A stretch of 64,000 nt of DNA from Geosiphon pyriformis uo1 (Eukaryota; Fungi; Glomeromycota). The translations under genes were made by a program, and so were the position numbers. Shown one piece after another: positions 25,318 through 36,389 of this stretch. The notes under the pieces are model-generated. The model did not search any database and was not told where the DNA came from. It worked only from the letters and a program-made list of their open reading frames with translations. The DNA is taken from the NCBI GenBank assembly GCA_016748015.1, contig JAAOMT010000083.1:4765-68764 (forward strand), read 5' to 3'. Within the stretch, counting starts at the first letter, position 1, and each line of letters starts with the position of its first letter.

Positions 25318-28300
25318 GTTCAAAAATGTGAAATATAATTGTGCTTATGTCTTGAATGATGGATTTTATACTTTCAAATTTTAACAATGATTTTTATTTA
25401 ATAAATAATAAACAACATTCATTGTATCTAAAACCAAATAAATAAACTAATTTGTACAATACTCCCAAAAAAAATGGTCAATTTAAAAACTTAACAAATG
25501 TTTTTGGTTTATTTTAGTTTTAATAATGTATACAGCAAATAAAAAATTATTTAATTAAGATTTTATCGTTTTCTATTTGATTTTAATTTTTTTTTAATTT
25601 TTCTTAGTATTAAGCCAATGACTTTTTTTAAAAACAAAGTTATCAAATTTTTTTTAAGAAAATCTTAGATTTGATCAGATATTTGAAAAAAATTTATGTT
25701 TTAAATGTTTTAAATTGGATTCAGGTTTGGCAAAAGTTGTTATTCAATTACAGTATTAGTCATAATTTATTTTCCGTTAACTATGGTTCTGTTATTTTGC
25801 GTTTTAAAATAATAACAAATTGTGTTTTAAATTTTCAAGATAAGTATTTAGTTTCGTTTTTTTCATTATTTTTCCATTTACTATCAAAAAATTAATGGTT
25901 TTTTGAATTCATTGTTTTTATTAATTACTCTTTTAATCAATTATTGTCAATGCATTTTTTAAATTTTCAATAGGTGTAATTTTTTTTTGTTCAAAATTTT
26001 TTTATTTCGAATTAACATCAGTTACTACTTCTAAATTTTAGATTTTAATTTTGTTTATTTTAGAAATAATAAAATATTATTTGAAATGATTCTTAAAATT
26101 CTAGACTATTTAAATTTAAAAAAGTTAATTTTTTTTTGATTTTTTGAAATAATATTTAAATTTATTATATTTATTTTAAATAAAATTCAATCAAATAGTG
26201 GTTGAAGCATTAAAACAAAGAGTTCTAAATATTTCAACATTTTAAACTCAGATTTTGTTTGTATTGATGCGAATACTTTTGTTCAATGTTTTAGGGCTTT
26301 TTCATTTTAGTAGAAAAATAAATAATTAGTAAATTTTTAGTTAAATACTTTATGTGAAGAAACGATGAAATATAATTTTCAAAAGTTTTATTGGCAAATG
26401 ATCAATATCCAAATTTCTATTCAATTTTTTTCATACGCCAAGATTTTAGTTTAATAATCAGGCTTTCGCTATAAAAATTGGTAGAAAAAGATGTATTATA
26501 AGTAGCATAGTAAATTTATATTGAAAATTTGGTTTACGAGACAAAATATATTTTATAATAAAATTATCAAAATAAATGTCTAATTTTTTTGGAGTTATTA
26601 CAAAAAAATAATTTCAAATTTTATATGTGTGTATTCTCTCGATATACCGCAAGCATTTTAGAATAATGGTTGGCTGCTTATTTCTCTACACTTTCATACT
26701 GATTTCAGATTAAATAAAATAGGCTAAAATATTTACTAAATTTTCCTTTTTTTTTTATAATAAGAAAAAATGTGAGACCATCTCTAACTATTTATTCTAA
26801 TGGTAAGTTCTTAATAAATTCTTTGCTGAGCATTAATAAATTAAAATTCTATAAGTGTAGAAGTTTTAATAGTTTGTTATTACTAATTAGCATTGTGAAG
26901 ATATTTCCCTAAGAATTATAAAATATTTCTAAAATAAATAAAAAAAAATTATAGATAAATTTTATAATGCTAGAAAGGCTTTTTAAATTTTTTGAAATCA
27001 TTAATTATTTTTTGATTTTCAAAGGTTTTTATCAATTAACGCAATAATTATAAAATTGTTTATTGCATATATATTAGATAAAATAAATAAATAGATAAAA
27101 TCCAAAGTGATTGACTTAATATTATTTATATTTCATTAAGCTTTTCATATCCTGAAACTTTTTTTTAAATAAAAGGAATTATTTTCAAAGATAACTAAAA
27201 CTTTTTACTGTATTTTGATTGGGTGTATTACTCCTTTTAGGTTTGAAATGAAACAAAATTTTAATATTTAAACAAATTAAAAGTATTTATGTAATAAAAT
27301 TATTTCAAAGTAAATATTATAGTATATATCTTATATGCTTTTTAAATTTTTTAATATTAATATAAAATTATCTTCTTTCCCAAAGATATATATATGAAAA
27401 GAATAATAGTGTGATTTAAACCTTAAATTTTATTCTAAGAATCAAATTTTTATATATAACTGTAGTTTTATGACATACTTTGATATGGATCATCAACCCA
27501 ATTCACGAGATATATCTCTAAAAAACAATTTAGTATTCTCATACAGAGAAAACCCCCCTAGGATATGCATTAAATTAATTAAAGCAAATTAATTTCATAT
27601 AAAATATAAAAAGCAATTGTTGAAAAGTTAAATTAAAAATACTTTGTTACTAATACTAAGTGAAAAAAATTCATATTTGCTAAATGATTAATTTTTTTAT
27701 TATTAGTGAGATTCAATCAAATTCTCAACCCATTTCGATGAACGAGGTTAAATTGGAGAGTTATTTTTGCCAATTTTTACAGCATTTTCACATTTTCACA
27801 TATTTCTGAAGTAATATCTGATATTTTATTGTTTAATTTTTGTTAATCAAAAAAGCAGGTATCTTCTCTAGAAATAAAACTTGATTTGAGTTGATTCGGT
27901 TATATGGATTTGGTGCTATTTTAATAAGTCTTCTTTGATTTTTATAAAGTATATTGAAGATTTCTCTTCATTTGTTCTAAATTCGCAGCAGTATTTGTGG
28001 GCCTAAAACTACATTTATCTGAGCAAAAAAAATTTCTCCTTTTCGGCGATGAAATTTTTTTTTAAATGCGACAAAAGGTTGAGAAAAACCATTTTCATCT
28101 TTAATATGTTTTAGATAATTTGATTTCATAAATGTGTTAAAAAATTTTTTATGCTAAATCTGAATCAAAAATTATTTATTCTTTACTTTTTCAAAATTTA
28201 GATCACCCAATTATTTATAAAAGAATAATCTTTTTTGAAGTCGGTTAAATAATATTTGAAGTTATTTAAATTTAAAAAAGGAAAGCTGCTTTATTTTGTA

Positions 28301-29319
28301 TTGAAAATAGCAACAAAATAATTAACGACGAATTTTCAATGAAATTAGTTGAAAATATGATTCATAGATAAGTTTCCTAGAATACTTAAAAAAAAGTTGT
28401 TGGAAGGCAACGACTGAAAAACGCCTGGTCTTGGGGCAAAATACAGCATTGGACATCGCTTTTCATTTATTGTTTTCTATTACGTCACAAAACCTGTAAA
28501 AAAAACAATATTCCCTATTCTGAAACAGTTGCTTTTATAAAAACGATCATAACTTCAACTAGTGCATAAAAATCATATGAAAAGCATATCATTCAATATC
28601 GATTTATGGGAGTTCGCACTGCCTCTTCATTTGATCCGACTAACTTCTTAAGGTAAATTAGGGGTTATTTCGCCACCTTAAAAAGTTTTCAATCCGGGCT
28701 ATTAGCTGCTAATCTATGACATCAGGCATATGTTCTGCAAAAAAATTCTTATCTTACCGAAACCGCCTAATCGCCGGTAAGTGATTCTGGAAAATTTCTG
28801 TATAAAATCTAGTAAGAAAATATTTGCAAAATGGGCTGAAATTCGGGATATTTGATTGGTAGATATGCATGTATTAGCATTAATATTTATCCTAAAAATT
28901 GAGGTAAAAGACGCTTAAAACAGTTAACAATTTTAAACTGAATATCAAGTTAAATATTAAAAATTTGGGATTTCTTCATAATAAAATTCATAAAGCAGTT
29001 CCTATATAATCATTTTGATTAAAGAATATCTATAAATGAGCTATTGAAACCAGATTTTCATTTAAAACTAAAAATAGCAATAAGATAATGACAAGCATTG
29101 TCAACCTTTTTGCCTCTTGAGTCCCAGACGATCTCTATCCGTTTAAGAATATAAATGAGGGTCTATTTTCAGAACTTAATTTCCCACTCTAGTATTTCAG
29201 ATTTCTTTGCATTATACGTTGAAATCTTTATTTATTAGTGAGACGAACTCTTTAAAAATTCTTCCAGTACCCACACAAATATTCAAAGTTTAAGAATCAA
29301 GTTTTATTGCTTGAAAATC

Positions 29320-32300
29320 ATGTCTTCGACTTCATCAATTGAAAATGTAACTTCACACACCGATTGGCTTGAAGCAGCATTCATAGTCATCAAAGAAAGT
29401 TTGGCCATTTTTCCAGCTAGTGAATATTCAAAAGTTGCTGACTTGGTGAAAAAATATCTTGTGCGCAATCAGAAAACACCTGAAGACTTTTTCAATTGCT
29501 TGAATAATAAAAGTTCAAAGCGCTCAATAGACTATATTTTGTTGGGGTTTTCTTTAGAACATGGGGTTGGAACTATTCCTAATTTAACAAAAGCATTTTT
29601 AGAATTCCAGAAAGCAGCGAATCAAGAAGATTCTTTTGGACAATTCTTCTTAGGATGTTGTTATAATCATGGAATTGGTACTTCACAAGATCGAGGAAAA
29701 GCATTTGAACTCTTTTCAAGAGCAGCAGAGGTGGGACATACAAGTGCACAAAATAGTCTTGGAGTTTGTTATGAAAATGGATGGGGAACGACAAAAAATG
29801 AGAAAAAAGCATTTGAACTCTATTCAAAAGCTGCAGAGGTGGGTAATACAATTGCACAATATAATCTTGCGCTTTCTCATAAAAATGGAAAAGGAACGAC
29901 GAAAAGTGAGAAAAAAGCGTTTGAACTCTATTCAAAAGCTGCAGAAGCGGGTAATATAAATGCACACTTAAGTCTTGTACTTTGTTATGAAAATGGATGG
30001 GGAACGAAGAAAAATGAGGAAAAAGCATTTGAACTCTGTTCAAAAGTTGCAGAGGCAGGAAATACAATTGCACAATTTATTCTCGGATTTTATTATGAAA
30101 ATGGATTAGGAACGACGAAAAATGAGGAAAAAGCATTTCAACTCTATTCAAAAGCTGCAGCAGCTGGTAATATGAATGCACAACAGAGTCTCGCCCTTTG
30201 TTATCAAAATGGAAAGGGAACGACAAAAAATGAGGAAAAAGCATTTGAACTCTTTTCAAGAGCAGCAGAGGCGGGAGATCCAATTGCACAATTTATTCTC
30301 GCACTTTATTATGAAAATGGATTAGGAACGACAAAGAATGAGGAAAAAGCATTTGAACTCTATTCAAAAGCTGCAGAGGGGGGTAATATAAATGCGTACT
30401 TAGGTCTCGCACTTTGTTATAAGAATGGAAGGGGAACGACAAAAAATGAGGAAAAAGCATTTGAACTCTATTCAAAAGCTGCAGAGGGGGGTAATATAAA
30501 TGCGTACTTAGGTCTCGCACTTTGTTATCAAAATGGATTAGGAACGACGAAAAATGAGGAAAAAGCATTCGAGCTCTATTCAAAAGCTGCAGAGGCGGGT
30601 AATACGAATGCACAATATAGTCTCGCATTTTATTATCAAAGTGGAATTGGAACGACGAAAAATGAGGAAAAAGCATTTGAAATCTATTCAAAAGCTGCAG
30701 AGGCGGGAGATACAATTGCACAATTTATTCTCGCCCTTTGTTATCAAAATGGATTAGGAACGACAAAAAATGAGGAAAAAGCATTTCAACTCTATTCAAA
30801 AGCTGCAGCAGCTGGTAATACGAATGCACAACATAGTCTCGCCCTTTGTTATCAAAATGGATTAGGAACGACGAAAAATGAGGTAAAAGCATTTGAGCTC
30901 TATTCAAAAGCTGCAGAGGCGGGTAATACGATTGCACAACATAGTCTCGCATTTTATTATCAACGTGGAATTGGAACGACGAAAAATGAGGAAAAAGCAT
31001 TTGAACTCTTTTCAAGAGCAGCAAAGGCGGGTGATATAAATGCACAACAGAGTCTCGCACTTTGTTATCAAAATGGATTAGGAACGACGAAAAATGAGGA
31101 AAAAGCATTCGAGCTCTATTCAAAAGCTGCAAAGACGGGTAATACGAATGCACAACATAGTCTTGCACTTTGTTATCAAACTGGAATGGGAACGACGAAA
31201 AATGAGGAAAAAGCATTTGAAATCTTTTCAAAAGCTGCAGAGGTGGGAGATACAATTGCACAATTTATTCTCGCACTTTATTATGAAAATGGATTAGGAA
31301 CGATGAAGAATGAGGAAAAAGCATTTGAACTCTATTCTAAAGCTGCAGAGGGGGGTAATACAATTGCATACCTAGGTCTTGGACTTTGTTATCAGAATGG
31401 ATTGGGAACGACAAAAAATGAGGAAAAAGCATTTGAACTTTTTTCAAGAGCAGCAAAGGCGGGTGATATAAATGCACAACAGAGTCTCGCACTTTGTTAT
31501 CAAAATGGATTAGGAACGACAAAAAATGAGGAAAAAGCATTCGAGCTCTATTCAAAAGCTGCAGAGGCGGGTAATATAAATTCATACTTAAGTCTCGCGC
31601 TTTGTTATAAAAAAGGAAGTGGAACGACGAAAAATGAGGAAAAAGCATTTGAATTCTATTCAAAAGCTATAGAGGGGGGAGATTCGTGTGCACAATATAG
31701 TCTCGCACTTTGTTATCAAAATGGATTAGGAACGACAAAAAATGAGGAAAAAGCATTTGAACTTTATTCAAAAGCTGCAGAGGCGGGACATAAAATCGCA
31801 CAATTAAAATTCGCACTTTGTTATCAGAATGGATTAGGAACGACCAAAAATGAGGAAAAAGCATTTGAAATCTTTTCAAAAGCTGCAGAGACGGGAGATA
31901 CAACTGCACAACAGTATCTCGCACTTTGTTATCAAAGTGGAAGGGGAACGACGAAAAATGAGGAAAAAGCATTTGAATTCTATTCAAAAGCTATAAAGGG
32001 GGGAGATTCGTGTGCACAATATAGTCTCGCACTTTGTTATCAAAATGGATTAGGAACGACAAAAAATGAGGAAAAAGCATTTGAACTTTATTCAAAAGCT
32101 GCAGAGGCGGGTAGTACAATTGCACAATACAGTCTCGCACGATGTTATCAAAATGGAAGGGGAACGACGAAAAATGAGGAAAAAGCATTTGAACTTTATT
32201 CACAATCTGCAGAGGCGGGAGATTCAGATGCACAATTTAATCTCGCACTTTGTTATCAAAATGGATGGGGAACGACGAAAAATGTGGAAAAAGCATTTCA

Positions 32301-34581
32301 ACTCTATTCAAAAGGTGCAGAGGCTGGAGATTCAGATGCACAATTTAGTATCGCACTTTGTTATGAAAATGGATGGGGCACAACGAAAAATGAGGAAAAA
32401 GCATTTGAACTCTATTCAAAAGCCGCAGAGGTGGGTAATATAAAAGCACAATACGGTCTCATACTTTGTTATCAAAATGGAAGGGGAACACCGAAAAATG
32501 AGGAAAAAGCATTTGAACTCTACTCAAAAGCTGCAAATGCTGGTAATGTAAATACACATTTAAGTCTCGCACTTTGTTATGAAAATGGAAGGGGAACGAC
32601 GAAAAATGAGGAAAAAGCATTTGAATTCTATTCAAAAGCTGCAAAAGCGGGAGATATAGTTGCACAACACCGTTTGGGACTTTATTTTCATAGTGGATCG
32701 GCGACAACAAAAGATCTTGAAGAAGTGAAAAATCCAAGTCCAGAAAACAATCTTGAAACGCGTCATCGAAATGAATGGGCAACTGCGAGGGATCTGGAAA
32801 AAGCATTTGAACTTTATTCAAAAACAGCCGAAGAAAGAAATACAAGTGCACTATATAATCTTGGCTGGTGCTATCAAAACGGGTGGGGAACAACAAAAAA
32901 TTTGGAAAAAGCATTTGAACTCTATTTAAAAGCAGCAGAGACAAATAACTTAAACCAACGAAGTGAATTTCCTGATTTGAAAGCCTTTTATCTCACTTTT
33001 AAGGATAAGGATCAAGATGAGCTGGAACGTTTCATTTTACAGTTCCAAACTCGAGGTTTAAAATGGGCCTTTAATTCCAAAGAAGAATGTATAGATTTTG
33101 AAGTCTTTTTTGATCAGCTTTCAAATCAATTCAAATGTCTTAGATGTGGCAACTTGGGTTTAATCATTAGTAGATCTATTGACGAAATTGATAATATCTT
33201 TGAAGCAGGCTTGCCCAAATGTCCATTTTGTGATGATATCTCTACCCACTTACCGAAATGTCCAGAATGCTATCACAGATTAAAAGATCCACTTTGGTGT
33301 CAGTCCTGTGAAATATCACGATTTTCAAAGAATTTTGAACCATCGATTAGTGGAAATATAAATATTGATATATATATAACATATACACAGATTATTTCTA
33401 AAAGCTCCAGGGAATGTTTGGAATGGATTTCTCCCGACGAGATCACATTTTTAGATGAGGTGGGAACGGGAGGATTTGGTATTGTCAAAGAAGGTAGATG
33501 GGAGGGAGGCAGAATTCTATTTTGGGACAAGAAAAATCAAAAATATGAACGAACTGGAGTTATGAAAGTTGCTTTAAAATGTCTCAAAGATAGCCAAAAT
33601 ATAAAATATATCAATTCATATGAGGTATCTCCTTTTAAGTAATTTATATGATTTTTGGTTATTATTATCCCTATTTCTTTTTTAACACTAAAATATTTGT
33701 ATTTAAATAGTTTATTGCGCATCTTAGAAGTGCCTCTTGCAAATACGTCCTTGAATGCTATGGAATAACCAAAGATGTTACAACCAATGAATTTATTATG
33801 GTTTTACCATTTGCGGAACACGGTGACCTCAGAGCTTTTCTCAAAGTGAACAAAGATACTTTTACTTGGGAAATGATTCTTCATATTCTTTTTCAAATTG
33901 CCAGTGGCCTAAGGTTTATACATGAATCAGAACTAGTGCATGGTGATTTACATCCTGGAAATATCCTTATATTGAAATCAAACCCCTTAAAAGTTGCCAT
34001 TGCGGATCTAGGACTCTGTCGTCCTGCTAATTACTCTCCAGAGCCTGGCGAAATATTTGGTGTTGTTCGATACCTAGCGCCTGAAATTTGTAACTTGTCA
34101 CCTCATACTAAGCATACCAAGTACAGCGATATTTATAGTTGTGCTATCATTTTCTGGGAAATTATTTCAGGAGTAAGACCGTGGAATCATGTTATAGATC
34201 TTATGTCTATTCAATTATCTATAATTCAGGGAAAGCGCCCTTTAATCGAAAAGCATATACCTCAATGTATCCGAGAAATGATTGAAAAAAATTGGGCTGA
34301 TGAACCGCATTGCCGTGATAGTGCGGAAGAACTTCAAAAAAGGGTTATTGCTGCTCACGACAACTGTAACTTAAATGAATCTGTTCTTAAAAACAAACTT
34401 AATTCCAAAAAGATACAAGATACGACATATTATAGAAGTCGTAAAATCTCAAGCCCTATAGTTTCTCAAAATGGTAAGCCTTTCATTTATTATATTTTAA
34501 TATATAATGAAATTTGGTTTAACCACATTTTTTTCAGAGTTAGATTTGGCATTTGATAGCAATAATGGGTTAAATTCATAA
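29320..34581 (+). CDS. Sel1-repeat (~32 units) + Cys-rich linker + C-terminal TKL-type protein kinase, ~1703 aa, 3 exons
   Basis: Exons are 29320-33624, 33711-34473 and 34538-34581 (TAA), with GT..AG introns and consistent phases. Kinase motifs: GTGGFG, VALK, alphaC Glu (YE|F), HGDLHPGN, ADLG, YLAPE, SDIYS. Four CxxC pairs lie in the linker. Confidence 0.93.
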
Positions 34582-36389
34582 TTCTTTGTTGGTATGTATA
34601 CAAATTAGGACAAATTTCTTAAGTATAATAATGCTTCTCTTTTACACGATATATGTAATAAAAGTAATTTTTTCATTCTAACTTTATTATTGAAAAACCT
34701 ATTTTTACTAATGGGTTGCGTTTAGATATCAATTCAATAAAAAACAAAATTTGTGTCTAAAATAGAATAGCATTCTATGCAGTAAAGAATACCTCCTCCA
34801 AGTTAGCTTCTATTCGTGGCTCTCGGTTTCCTTCCACATATTTTCTATTGGACTACCATCTGGCGATTGTGGAGGCTATTTCAAAGTCACAATTCCAAGA
34901 TTATCTTGGAGTACTTACATTTGTATAAAAGATTTTTTTACTCAAAAAAACATATTCCCAATCACTTATTTTTATTTGCATAGATAACATAATATTTAAA
35001 TTTAGTATTTAATAATGACATTATATAAATTGTACACTTATCAATTTTTGAGGGTATTTTACAATTTAGAATTCAGTTTTTGATGGACTTTTAAGATTTT
35101 CAACTTTAATCAAATCAAATACCTTTTATCCCTCGATTTTATGATTTACAATGCAAATTTCAAAACCAAAGAAAAAATAAGAATGATATAAATATTCAAA
35201 TATTTTTAGGGAAAACCAAAGATATATTTTTTAACTTAATAAAAATAAAAAACTTTTACTCAAATATAATTTAAGAACAAGTATAAGTCTGCATATGTTT
35301 TTTTAATAAATATACTTGAAAATTAATAAAAAGCTAAATATCAGATGTTTTTTGATAAATGTAATTTTTGACAAAATCACTAAACATAAAAATCTCCAAT
35401 AAATTGTTTCGCTTGGAAGATTAATAAATTTTAATATTAAAAAACAGGATTTAAAACGCAAATTAAAAACTATTAGATAGATCTGTTTAAATTTTTTATT
35501 ATTTTTAAAGAAATTACAAGAAATAAGTTTCATACATGCAAAATGCTATAAGCTATTACGGAAAGTCACATTCTAATAATCAATATTTAAGCTTTAAAAT
35601 TATCAATCATAAAATTAAGCAAATAGGAATTACTAAAATAGAAAATCTTTGTTGAATTGAAAAGTTATTACAATGGTTAAAAAGTAAGGCTATAGAAAAA
35701 AATAAAAAAAATTTCATTTAAAGATAATCTTCATTTTATGTTTATACATACATATTTAATAATATTTTTGCCTAAACTTGACACAAATGTTTAAATAAAA
35801 ATGATTTTCAAGTTCATAATACATTATAATGTTAAACTTAAGTTACCCAAACTTTATTGATTTTTTTTTGAGAAATCAAGCCTTTATTTCAGATATTGAA
35901 TTTTAAATTTACAATGAAATCCAAAAAATTATTGATTAAGCTATCAATAAATTTTTGAATTTGTTTTTGATTCTGAAAATAAAAATATTGATATCATTAT
36001 CGTTCAACCAATTAATCTATTGGTTTTTTAGCTAAATTAATAAGCACTGGTTCAAATAATTTGTTAAGATAATATATTTATTTAATATTATTTTAGAAAT
36101 ATTATATAGTATTAATAAAATATTGTTAATAAATATATCTAAATGATATAATATTATATATATATTTTTATATTTTTTATATATATTTTTTTATAAATAT
36201 TAATATTTTAAAATAAATTCAAAATATATTAAAATATTATAAATCTAATTATATTTATAAATTAATTTAATTATTTAATATCAATTTAACTATGATTAAT
36301 GTATGATTGCATAATATATCATCATAATAATATAATATCTTATGCATCAAATTATTTTTATTATATATATTATATTTTTTAATATTTTG

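Noticed and set aside
28430-28930. MITE-like, GC-richer patch upstream of the Sel1-kinase gene (similar patch at ~17500-18030)
   Set aside because: No convincing TIR pair or TSD found by eye; it needs a genome-wide repeat search.
19750-32940. Regular repeats with variable interiors resembling a CRISPR array or TALE code
   Set aside because: The units are in-frame 36-aa Sel1 repeats in a eukaryotic gene with homologous, not unique, interiors. There are no cas genes and no evidence of DNA binding.
29579-32944. Many antisense and alternate-frame ORFs with repeating 'NRVQMLFPHF' or 'MRKKHLNSIQK' (also 19716-20858)
   Set aside because: They are shadows of the 108-bp Sel1 periodicity, broken at irregular stops, with no independent coding evidence.
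33625-33710. Possible U12-type intron (donor GTATCTCCTTTT)
   Set aside because: It deviates from the GTATCCTT consensus and lacks a clear TCCTTAAC branch site, so it is treated as U2.
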